Positions 9,966-18,824 of a DNA stretch of 64,000 bases are shown here, piece by piece. The notes beneath the pieces are model-generated. The model saw only the letters and a program-made list of their open reading frames with translations, had not been told where the DNA came from and did no database searches. The stretch's first letter is position 1. Each line of letters opens with the position of its first letter. The stretch is from the sequence record NC_021529.2. The stretch is one strand, 5' to 3'. Made by a program: the position numbers and the translations under genes.

Positions 9966-10227
9966 AGACGTACTAGGCAACGTAATCGAAATGAAAGATA
10001 TTGTGTTTCGTCTTTCAAAAGAGCGTTTGTGCGTTGAACCATGCATCGTAACTGGATTTACAGAACACAAAGTTTTATTAAATGACGGTAGACAGTGCGA
10101 CCCAAATCGCGTAGTCGTCGTGACAGAGCAAATTCAAAACAATGGTATTGATTTGTGGTCAAACACACTCGAATTTAAATACCGGGATTACATCATCAAA
10201 GGCTACGAACGCCTAAAACATAAGTGA
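9958..10227 (+). CDS. Hypothetical protein
   Basis: Operon-like overlapping ORF. Confidence 0.65.
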   Translation: MHKDVLGNVIEMKDIVFRLSKERLCVEPCIVTGFTEHKVLLNDGRQCDPNRVVVVTEQIQNNGIDLWSNTLEFKYRDYIIKGYERLKHK

Positions 10228-10234
10228 GAAAAAC

Positions 10235-10507
10235 ATGACATTCTTCCAAAAAATCTTAGCAATTTTCAGCAACACGCCTCGCGAAACAGATGACATCTTA
10301 GATGACATGAACAAGCGAGCCAACGAACTTCGAGCGCGTGCGCAGTATGATCAAGATCAGATCTCAGCTAACGAAGCAGAGACAGTTCGAGTACGTGAAG
10401 AAGCCGAGCGACGTGCGCAAGAGCTTGAAGCTCAAAGCAACGTACGAGCACAATCAAAAGAGCGTGCAGAGCGTGTTGCGAAGCGAGTTGAAGAATTCAC
10501 AGCGTAA
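10235..10507 (+). CDS. Coiled-coil hypothetical protein
   Basis: Heptad-rich ORF followed by a terminator. Confidence 0.7.
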   Translation: MTFFQKILAIFSNTPRETDDILDDMNKRANELRARAQYDQDQISANEAETVRVREEAERRAQELEAQSNVRAQSKERAERVAKRVEEFTA

Positions 10508-10582
10508 ACGCAAGCATTTCAAAAGCCCCTTAATTGGGGCTTTTTTGTGTTCAACATAAATACACTAAAATAGGGGAACACG

Positions 10583-11689
10583 ATGAAAAATTTAAAATCA
10601 TTTATGGAAGAGCTTCAGCTAGTAACTGAAGTCTTCGTTCGTGGCGGTCGCCCACGAAACGGGTCTAAAGTTCTTGCAAACGGCAAGAACATTTGGGTGT
10701 GGAACAACGATAGAGAGTTCGAACGACTTGCGCCATTCATCAATCGCGAGTTAGGCACAGACTTTGACGAAGAATACGACGTTGATCAATGGTACGAAGA
10801 AGGCGCACAAGCGGTATACGCGACGATTGAGAACGGAAGACTAGACATGACTGGCATTTCTTCTTATCGCCCTGCTGTAACGTCTGACACACTTCGCAAG
10901 ACTGTTAAAGCTCTTAACCTGAACGGTGTTACACGTCGCACGCAATCATTCAACCCAGATTACGATGAAGTTGAACACGATTTCGAGACCAGTCGTTACG
11001 AATTCAACAAGAAGCTGTCACAGAAAACGTTCTATCACGGAACATCAACTACATTTATTGAGTCTATGCTGAAGTTCGGCTTGAAACCAAACCCAGGCGA
11101 AGCTCAATTTGACAACATTGAACATCAAGACAAAGTTTTCATCACTACTGAACTTGATAAAGCAATGTTCCATGCGACTCACTCGGCGAACAAAAACAAT
11201 TCGTTCCCTGTTATCATCGAGCTACGCATACCAGATGAAGCAAAACTTGTGTCTGACTATGATGTTGTAATTGACACAATGGGTGCTGATTCAGACGAAG
11301 CATTAGAACTTGGGTATTCAGACATATTCTATCAGTTGCCAAATTATCGCGGTGACGGTAGCAAATATGATGATATGCATCAAAGATTCGGCAAGCGTCT
11401 CGACAAATTGAGCACTCGCGTTGGTATCTTCGGGTACAAAGGTCGTATTCCTGCAAGTCATTTCAATTTCATCTTCGCTGACGGTGATGTTATCGAAGAG
11501 TCTATGCCTGAAATGTACTGGGAAATGGATGGCGAATTCGATATGTCAGAAATGCGTACGGAATCAGTAAATCATCGTTCATTCGACTACTGGGATCAAT
11601 TCAAGCCAGATAAATTCATTGCACACTTCGAAGATCTTTGGGATGATCTCAGAGACGAAGAAGATGAAGATGAAGACGATTGGGACTAA
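10583..11689 (+). CDS. Late protein with an ADP-ribosyltransferase/Tpt1-like core and acidic tail, possible internal head protein
   Basis: CATAAATA late promoter 10555-10562; MKNLKSFMEE N-terminus; FYHGTS..GLKP..VFIT motif. Confidence 0.6.
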   Translation: MKNLKSFMEELQLVTEVFVRGGRPRNGSKVLANGKNIWVWNNDREFERLAPFINRELGTDFDEEYDVDQWYEEGAQAVYATIENGRLDMTGISSYRPAVTSDTLRKTVKALNLNGVTRRTQSFNPDYDEVEHDFETSRYEFNKKLSQKTFYHGTSTTFIESMLKFGLKPNPGEAQFDNIEHQDKVFITTELDKAMFHATHSANKNNSFPVIIELRIPDEAKLVSDYDVVIDTMGADSDEALELGYSDIFYQLPNYRGDGSKYDDMHQRFGKRLDKLSTRVGIFGYKGRIPASHFNFIFADGDVIEESMPEMYWEMDGEFDMSEMRTESVNHRSFDYWDQFKPDKFIAHFEDLWDDLRDEEDEDEDDWD

Positions 11690-11730
11690 ATACTAGGGAG
11701 CAATGAAGCTCCCTTTTTAAGGATTGAATC

Positions 11731-12216
11731 ATGTATAAATGCAAACATTTCAAAATTCAAGAGATAGTCACGCCAGATATGTATTATAACTGGGGTGATG
11801 CTTGTTGGTCTCTTTTCGACGACCGTCTATTACGCACTCTAGACGCTCTCAGAGAACGTTTCGGTCCATGCACCATAAACGATTGGAGTTGGGGAGGATC
11901 GTTCAAATACAGCGGTTTCAGAGACGAGAATTACTACGGGACGACTGCTAAGTACCTTGCAAGTCGTTCTCAGCACAAATATGGTCGCGCTGCTGACTGT
12001 AAATTCCGAGATTTCACGTCTGAAGAAGTACGTAAATACATTTTAGAGAACCCAGACGAATTCCCATACGTGAAATTCATCGAATGTGGTCCGTTAGCTA
12101 ATGGTTCTCGTATGTCGTGGGTTCACATTGACGTTCGCAACAGCGAAGACGTTCAGTGCTGGTCACCACTCGAAGGGTTTATTAGTGCAGATGAAGTAAT
12201 TCGTCGCAAACTTTAG
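11731..12216 (+). CDS. Peptidase M15 (Zn D-Ala-D-Ala peptidase), endolysin candidate
   Basis: GFR..Y, SQHKYGRAAD, WVHID; TAAATA upstream. Confidence 0.8.
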   Translation: MYKCKHFKIQEIVTPDMYYNWGDACWSLFDDRLLRTLDALRERFGPCTINDWSWGGSFKYSGFRDENYYGTTAKYLASRSQHKYGRAADCKFRDFTSEEVRKYILENPDEFPYVKFIECGPLANGSRMSWVHIDVRNSEDVQCWSPLEGFISADEVIRRKL

Positions 12217-12280
12217 TTTAACAGCTATCACTTTGACGCTACTATGAATTTGTCAAACAACACAACAAAAGGTCTACTAC

Positions 12281-12988
12281 ATGGGCAAAAAGAAGAAAGA
12301 AGAACGCACAATTGAACGTGTCGAATTGCTGACTTTCAATCAAGAGCAATACGCTGAAGCATTATGGGAAGATGTTGCAGATGACGGCTCAGGCGCGTTC
12401 GTATTCGCCATTGGGTCTGCTGGTACAGGTAAGACGTGGCTAGCAACAACACTCGGCGCTGACATGTATTCAACGATGGAATATACTCAATTCATCATCT
12501 TGAAGCCAACACTTTCTTGTGGTGAAGAATTAGGCTACTTGCCTGGTACTCTTGAAGAGAAAATGGAACCGTGGATTCAAACTGTAACACAGCCATTAAA
12601 AGACCGTTTAGGTGCTGATAAATTCAAATGCGATTGGAACAAACGTATTCACGCTGAACCTATTCAGTTCGTGCGCGGTAAGACGTTTGACAATTGCTTT
12701 ATTGTAGTTGATGAAGCACAGAACTTAACTAAAACTGAAATTCAGACTATCATGACTCGTATCGGTGAAAATACGAAGATGGTATTCTGTGGCGACTTGA
12801 AGCAAGACGATCACAAGATGATTTATCGCACTGGCAAGAAAGAAGTCAGCGGTCTAGCGTGGATGATCAACGAAATTCGTATGCAGCAGCGTGCTGGCAT
12901 CGAGATCATTGAATTCACAAACAAAGACGTTGTACGTTCTGGTGCGTGTAAGCTTGCTCTTGACATTATCGACAAGGCAGACGATTAA
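12281..12988 (+). CDS. phoH: PhoH-like ATPase
   Basis: GSAGTGKT, LGYLPG, RGKTF, VDEAQN, GDLKQ.D. Confidence 0.92.
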   Translation: MGKKKKEERTIERVELLTFNQEQYAEALWEDVADDGSGAFVFAIGSAGTGKTWLATTLGADMYSTMEYTQFIILKPTLSCGEELGYLPGTLEEKMEPWIQTVTQPLKDRLGADKFKCDWNKRIHAEPIQFVRGKTFDNCFIVVDEAQNLTKTEIQTIMTRIGENTKMVFCGDLKQDDHKMIYRTGKKEVSGLAWMINEIRMQQRAGIEIIEFTNKDVVRSGACKLALDIIDKADD

Positions 12989-13296
12989 TGGGAAAACTAA
13001 TCGACAATCAAACCGTCAAGGTAACTGATATCGGTAACTTTAACTTGCTAGTCAAACACTGGTATCCAACTGAAGACAAATATCAATCAGTCGAGTTGCT
13101 TCTTGAAGTTGATGAGATTGTAAACATCAAAGTGTATGATGATGCAACTGTCCCGGGTGGTACGTATTCTGTGATAACAAAGACATCGAAGCATTACACA
13201 ACAGTGATCGGGTCGCTATTGCAAGATAGAACATCCCCTGACTACAACATCAAAAAAGATCGACACCGTATTCAGGTAACGACAAAACTCAAATAA
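12988..13296 (+). CDS. Hypothetical protein
   Basis: TAATG coupling; followed by a UUCG terminator. Confidence 0.7.
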   Translation: MGKLIDNQTVKVTDIGNFNLLVKHWYPTEDKYQSVELLLEVDEIVNIKVYDDATVPGGTYSVITKTSKHYTTVIGSLLQDRTSPDYNIKKDRHRIQVTTKLK

Positions 13297-13297
13297 C

Positions 13298-13324
13298 AAA
13301 AGCTCCTTCGGGAGCTTTTTTGTT
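13298..13324 (+). terminator. T4-type UUCG terminator
   Basis: GCTCC-TTCG-GGAGC followed by a T run. Confidence 0.85.
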
Positions 13325-13370
13325 TAGTCTGTCACAAAATTGATATAAAATACTCTGACGGGAGGTGTCA

Positions 13371-13586
13371 ATGAAAGACAAACAACAATTGAAAGTTAGA
13401 TGCTCTATTCATATCGCAGAACAACTACAGCAGTTACCCGAATTTCGTAATATGTCAGTTACGAAAATCTTCCACACAATATCTACAAATTATCTCAACA
13501 ATAGTGCGATTCAGCACATCGGGGCGATTAATGGACAGAACAGAAATCATCATTCCAACGAAACACGTTCGGAATGCGGGTTATGA
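13371..13586 (+). CDS. Possible ribbon-helix-helix DNA-binding protein
   Basis: GGAGG SD; QQLKVRC strand followed by two helices. Confidence 0.4.
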   Translation: MKDKQQLKVRCSIHIAEQLQQLPEFRNMSVTKIFHTISTNYLNNSAIQHIGAINGQNRNHHSNETRSECGL

Positions 13587-14262
13587 ATTTGAAGTAATAG
13601 ACACTAGCAAGCTAGATCATTACCACGTACGATGTGTTACAAACACACTGTATGACAATAGAATTCAAGGGTCTAAGTTAGACGGGTTTCGCGCTGAAAT
13701 AACATTAATGGATGCAGAATCGCTAATCTTCTTAAACTCGATGAATCTATATGCAAACTTCACTGAATCAAATCGAGCAAACAATGGCATGAAACGTATT
13801 AAGTCAGCTCGATACGACTTTCATCATTACTATCAAGAACAAGAAAACTGGTTCAAATCTATTCTACGACAAAATAAAATCACAGTTACATATTCTAACG
13901 GCGAAACAAGAGAAAAGCTACCTACCTTTTACACTTGTGGTCTACGATTATCAAATGTGAGACGTTCAGCGGACAAAGCGTGCGCAATGCTCGTGCTAGA
14001 TGAGAATCAAAAACCAAAGCTATATGCTTTTGCAATCGGTAAGTTGAGGTATGTTGTAGATGCGTATGACAAGACGCAAAACATTAACTGCCCTGCTCAA
14101 ATCGGGAAGAAAACGATTGACGTTATTGAGTGTTTAGATTATAATGATGAAGACGATTGGAATGACGAAAATGAACTCGAAGAAGCTCATAAGAAAATAG
14201 TCATTCCCGATGTATCAGACTTAGACAAAATATTAATGTCGCTAGACGAAGAAGAGTTTTAA
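13531..14262 (+). CDS. Hypothetical protein
   Basis: Long ORF with acidic C-terminus. Confidence 0.7.
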   Translation: MDRTEIIIPTKHVRNAGYEFEVIDTSKLDHYHVRCVTNTLYDNRIQGSKLDGFRAEITLMDAESLIFLNSMNLYANFTESNRANNGMKRIKSARYDFHHYYQEQENWFKSILRQNKITVTYSNGETREKLPTFYTCGLRLSNVRRSADKACAMLVLDENQKPKLYAFAIGKLRYVVDAYDKTQNINCPAQIGKKTIDVIECLDYNDEDDWNDENELEEAHKKIVIPDVSDLDKILMSLDEEEF

Positions 14263-14265
14263 TTT

Positions 14266-14565
14266 ATGAATGAAGTATCAACACAAACGTACAAAAGCAC
14301 CCCAGAACTAGCTCTTGATATTGCAGCATATGCATCACTGTTAGTCAAGCTCGGTTATGAGGATTGTGTCACAAATCAGAAACTCTTTGTAGAAATGTGT
14401 AACGAAGCAGGGTTTAGAACAACAACGGGCAAAGAATTCACTCAAATGTCATTCAGACAAATGTTTGCTCGACTTCCACAAGGCACAAAACGCGAAGTTC
14501 GCGAATCATTCTCGTGGGGAAATATTCCTACGAGTGAATCAATCTTAGAAAGCATTTATGTATAG
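14266..14565 (+). CDS. asiA: Anti-sigma70 factor AsiA
   Basis: ASLLVKLGYEDCVTNQKLFVEMCNEAG..SFRQ aligns to T4 ASILIKFSREDIVENRANFIAFLNEIG..SFRK. Confidence 0.85.
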   Translation: MNEVSTQTYKSTPELALDIAAYASLLVKLGYEDCVTNQKLFVEMCNEAGFRTTTGKEFTQMSFRQMFARLPQGTKREVRESFSWGNIPTSESILESIYV

Positions 14566-14572
14566 GTAAATT

Positions 14573-14866
14573 ATGGAATTTGGAAATGCGTTAGCATCGT
14601 TAAAAGCAGGTAGAAAACTCTCACGTGAGGGTTGGAATGGTAAGGGTATGTTCATTGTGTTAATGCCAGCACTTTACTTGCCGCCTTTTAACACTCAAGA
14701 CACAATGCGTAAAGTGAATGACCGTACTGCAAAACATATCGGCGAAGACACACCTTTAGATAGCCAACCGTATATCGCTATGTTTACGGCTGAACAAAAA
14801 TGGCAACCGGGATGGGTTGCGTCTCAAGCAGACATTCTAGCAGACGATTGGATTGTACACGAATAA
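14573..14866 (+). CDS. DUF2829 / Tad2-like anti-defence sponge
   Basis: FGNAL..LKAG.K..R.GWNGKGMF and W..SQ.D.LA.DW. Confidence 0.8.
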   Translation: MEFGNALASLKAGRKLSREGWNGKGMFIVLMPALYLPPFNTQDTMRKVNDRTAKHIGEDTPLDSQPYIAMFTAEQKWQPGWVASQADILADDWIVHE

Positions 14867-14897
14867 TAAAAAGGAGAGCAAATGCTCTCCTTTTTTC
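14866..14897. terminator. Bidirectional terminator between convergent genes
   Basis: A run-GGAGAGC-AAAT-GCTCTCC-T run. Confidence 0.8.
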
Positions 14898-14899
14898 GG

Positions 14900-15472
14900 T
14901 CACTGTTTCTTAGTTCGTTTGTCAATTTCTTGAACTTTACTGTCAAGATTGTCAATACGATTATTAAGTATCTCACCATCTTTCGCTGTGAAGCGGTCTG
15001 ATGAATCGACATTGATTAATGTCTCTACCCTGGCTAAATCAGTCTCAATTTTAGAGTAACGAGAATGGGTACCGTCTATCTTAGTCATGATAACATCTTG
15101 AGTGCTTTTAACACTTTCGAATGAATTGACTAGATTTTTGTCGCCCAATTCTGACGCGCTCCTCAATGCTCTTACTTCGCTTTCAAGACTACCATAGTTA
15201 ACAAGCACTTGATCTTGCTTTTTGACCATAAGAGCTTGCGCTCCTTCTAAGCCGATAAGCTGTTGTGCTTGCGTTGCGTTTGTTAGTTTGATGTCAGTTA
15301 TTTCTTGCATGATTTTAGCGTTTTGAGCAACCGCGGTTTTTCCTTGTTCTTGAACAATCTGTAATGCTTCCTGCATACCACCGTAGTTAGTCGCCACGCT
15401 CAGTGAGCTGATAGCCAGAGGGATAAGAATCGTACCTATAACAGCTAACAATATTTGCGCCATCTTACTCAT
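14900..15472 (-). CDS. Single-TM coiled-coil late protein, holin T candidate
   Basis: N-terminal TM, TATAAATA promoter about 15514-15521, sits between tail fibres and asiA as T4 gene t does. Confidence 0.45.
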   Translation of the reverse strand: MSKMAQILLAVIGTILIPLAISSLSVATNYGGMQEALQIVQEQGKTAVAQNAKIMQEITDIKLTNATQAQQLIGLEGAQALMVKKQDQVLVNYGSLESEVRALRSASELGDKNLVNSFESVKSTQDVIMTKIDGTHSRYSKIETDLARVETLINVDSSDRFTAKDGEILNNRIDNLDSKVQEIDKRTKKQ

Positions 15473-15516
15473 AGTTTTGGTCCTACGTTATCTTAATCTC
15501 TGACTCTCACCTGTAT

Positions 15517-18500
15517 TTATAATCTAAACAGCTTCTTCCACCAAGGACGTTTAAGCTCTTGTACTTCGCTCTGAAGCGTTTCAACCTTTTCATTAAGCTC
15601 TTTAGTGGCTTCAATCAAAAGACCCACTAGATTCCCGTACGCTACCGAATAATGCCCCTCTGGGTCATCATCTGTAGGGCCACCCATTACAGCTTCAGGT
15701 AGAACTTCAAGAATCTCTTGAGCAATCACACCAGTTTGACGTGGACATTCTTGATCGGTACGATCATAAGTGTAACCACTTATTTTCGAAACTTTCTCAA
15801 GTGGGTTATCAATGCGCTCGATATTTGTCTTGACTCGAATATCAGAGTACGCAGTTACGTTACCAGCAGTCCAGATGTTTTCACCCATAGCGGATTTACC
15901 GGTGCCGTTAATACACCAAACAGCTTGGTGACCGCCTGCCATGTTTCCGCCAGTCGCGTTGTTTGTATGCTTATAAGCAAACCCATACATATTGCCGAAA
16001 GTCGAACCGTCATCTGCGATCATGAACCCCGAACCCATCGACCAGATATGTCCGATCTTTGTTGAATCATAGATTCCGTACATCCCAGAACGTCTTTGAC
16101 TCGTCAGTCGAGGGTAAATTCGACCCGTTGTATCAAATTGCAGACGTTCATTACACAGATACCCGTGTTTAATCTTAGTAAATCCGTCGCTAGGACGAAC
16201 TGTAAGACCTTGGTTCTCAGATGCATACAATGTATCACCCGAGTGCCACACAAGCCCAAATGATGCAGTTGATGTACTTGTGTTAACATCTACCGTATCA
16301 GCCCATGATGCAGTCGAAGCATTACCGCTTAGTGACCCAACGAAACTACCATTTAAAGTACCACCAACAACAGATAGACTCCCGCTTGAATTACAATCCA
16401 GACGAATATCGTAATCTGCTGTGCTATCAGTAGTATGGAAGTCAATGTATCTACCCATTTCAAGCACGCCTGAAGTCGTTACTTTAGGTAGATACTTACC
16501 TGCAATAGAAGCAAATGTTGCACCTGTTGAAAATTCACTATTCTGGGCGAATCTAGAGTTTGATTCAGATTCAGTATAGTAACGACCATCATGCGTGTGA
16601 GAGTCGTTAGCAACAGCAACTGTTAAAGTAACGTTAGATCCGCCGTTTATTGATACAGACCCAGTTGCATCACCAGCTAATGTCAGAGTACGAGCAGTTG
16701 TCCACGTGTCTGCGTTTGGATGATAGTTATCCATGAAGATACGTTGTTTTGTTGCTGCCGATGTCGTATCAGACGTGTTGTTCTTGTACGCATACCACAA
16801 TTGCGCCATAGCTGCGTTATCAGCAAATGAATACAGTGTATGTCTGTACTTCGAACCACCGTTATGACCCCATTGAATCCAGTTCAAGAAATTCGACAAT
16901 CCAGATCCAGCAGGTGCACTAGTTGTACCAGTACGGAACTCTTGCGTTTGCGAGTTCCAGTTGGCGTTCATTGGATTCAATCTATTATGAGTGTGCGAAT
17001 CGTTAGTAACCTCAGCCGATAATGTAACATTTGCACTACCGTCGATTGACACTGAACCAGTCAAGTCACCCGCTAATGTAATAGTTCTAGCAGTTGTCCA
17101 TTTATCAGCATTTGGGTGGTAGTTGTCTGCGAACAAACGAGACCACGATCCAGTACCGCTACGGTGATGCATCTGACCTGATGAATTGAACGATAGCTGA
17201 TGGTTGTACGCGCCAGTATGAGTATTCAGCGTGATTACACCATTCGCGTTGTTTGTCACACCACTAGGTATGTTTGCAGCCGATGATTCATACGTCGTAT
17301 ATGACAATCCACCTTCATTTGTAAATAGTCGTGAATTCAAATCAATCGAAGAGCGAATACCTAGTATATTGGGCAATGTGACATCACCGCCAGACTTGAA
17401 GTTGACTAAGTTTGAACCCATAGTCAAGTTTCCAGTCATCGTGTCGCCACCAATATTCACGTAACGAGCATCAGATTCTGATTCAGTGAAGTAACGACCA
17501 TCGTGCGTATGAGAGTCATTAGCAACTGTAGCAGTCAGAGTTACATTAGAACCACCATTGATTGATACAGAGCCAGATAGATCCCCAGCAAGTGTTATCG
17601 TACGTGCAGTAGTCCACGTGTCTGCATTTGGATGATACGCATCATGAAATACTCTCTGATTGACTTTTGCAAAAATCTCACCTTCAACTTCTAAGCCAGC
17701 CTGAGCAACAGTACCACCATTAGAACGAATCTGAAGTGCTTGTCCATTACCGCCAGTTGTGTTAAGCTCACCGTCAGTTATTTCATGAACAAGTTCAAGA
17801 TTTTGCCCCGGGGATGTAATCCAGTTAATACCAGAATTAGTGTTAACGTAGTCAGTTTCATTAAAGCTAAGGCGACCACCTGCTTTACTAATAGCAACAT
17901 TACCCGTGAACGTATCACCTGTCACATTAGCAAAGCGTGAGTCTGCTTCTGTTTCAGTGTAGTAACGCCCATCGTGCGTGTGAGAATCGTTTACAACTGC
18001 AACTGTCAGTGTCGCATTTGATGACCCATCAATTGACACAGACCCTGTTGCATCACCAGCTAATGTCAGCGTACGAGCAGTTGTCCATTTATCAGCATTT
18101 GGGTGATATGCGTCATGAAAAACGTTGCCTCCATTGTATGTGAATACAGAAGCATTTACATTGAACGTATCTCCATTTGAAATCTGAAATGTCCCATCAG
18201 TGCGAACAAGAGAAGACCCGAAATACACACCAGTAACGTACGCAGCTTGGTCATTAATTCTCAACCAAGAATCGAAACTTCTAATCGTTGTCTTGTCGTT
18301 CATATCAAGATTCGACAAGTTCAAATTCAAATTGTCAGTTGCAATGCGCATTCTAGTTGTAGCAGTTGTATCCTCACGAATACTCAACGTGCTATTATCA
18401 GCAATAACAAACCATTGTTTGTTCGTTGCATCAGTTTCTTTCAATAACAGACGTGGTGATGTACCATTGATCTCGATTTCATTAGCTGAGTTTATCAGCT

Positions 18501-18756
18501 TACCTGTCATCGTATCACCGTCTTTCTTGACATATCCGCCTGCATGAATCGGAGCGAATAAAGCATTAGATTCAGTTTTCGTATACGCAGAAGTAGTTCC
18601 ACCATTGCCTAGTTCGCCTGGCAGCGGTGTATCAAATTCTGTGTATATCTTGTAGCCTTGGTACAGAATCGTGTCGCCTTGGGGATCAAAGCGAAGATTT
18701 CCTCCGTGCCAGACTATATTACCGCCAATTGCAGTAGTAGATCTTAGTTCTGCCAT
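15517..18756 (-). CDS. Tail fibre with repeats and C-terminal peptidase S74 chaperone
   Basis: 4 YHPNADxWTTART repeats; SDIRVKTNI..GVIAQE..VAYGNLVGLLIEA. Confidence 0.9.
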   Translation of the reverse strand: MAELRSTTAIGGNIVWHGGNLRFDPQGDTILYQGYKIYTEFDTPLPGELGNGGTTSAYTKTESNALFAPIHAGGYVKKDGDTMTGKLINSANEIEINGTSPRLLLKETDATNKQWFVIADNSTLSIREDTTATTRMRIATDNLNLNLSNLDMNDKTTIRSFDSWLRINDQAAYVTGVYFGSSLVRTDGTFQISNGDTFNVNASVFTYNGGNVFHDAYHPNADKWTTARTLTLAGDATGSVSIDGSSNATLTVAVVNDSHTHDGRYYTETEADSRFANVTGDTFTGNVAISKAGGRLSFNETDYVNTNSGINWITSPGQNLELVHEITDGELNTTGGNGQALQIRSNGGTVAQAGLEVEGEIFAKVNQRVFHDAYHPNADTWTTARTITLAGDLSGSVSINGGSNVTLTATVANDSHTHDGRYFTESESDARYVNIGGDTMTGNLTMGSNLVNFKSGGDVTLPNILGIRSSIDLNSRLFTNEGGLSYTTYESSAANIPSGVTNNANGVITLNTHTGAYNHQLSFNSSGQMHHRSGTGSWSRLFADNYHPNADKWTTARTITLAGDLTGSVSIDGSANVTLSAEVTNDSHTHNRLNPMNANWNSQTQEFRTGTTSAPAGSGLSNFLNWIQWGHNGGSKYRHTLYSFADNAAMAQLWYAYKNNTSDTTSAATKQRIFMDNYHPNADTWTTARTLTLAGDATGSVSINGGSNVTLTVAVANDSHTHDGRYYTESESNSRFAQNSEFSTGATFASIAGKYLPKVTTSGVLEMGRYIDFHTTDSTADYDIRLDCNSSGSLSVVGGTLNGSFVGSLSGNASTASWADTVDVNTSTSTASFGLVWHSGDTLYASENQGLTVRPSDGFTKIKHGYLCNERLQFDTTGRIYPRLTSQRRSGMYGIYDSTKIGHIWSMGSGFMIADDGSTFGNMYGFAYKHTNNATGGNMAGGHQAVWCINGTGKSAMGENIWTAGNVTAYSDIRVKTNIERIDNPLEKVSKISGYTYDRTDQECPRQTGVIAQEILEVLPEAVMGGPTDDDPEGHYSVAYGNLVGLLIEATKELNEKVETLQSEVQELKRPWWKKLFRL

Positions 18757-18824
18757 GTTATGTTCTCATTTGTTCATTTATCATGTATTTATGCAGATAT
18801 AAAAAAGCTCCCGAAGGAGCTTAA

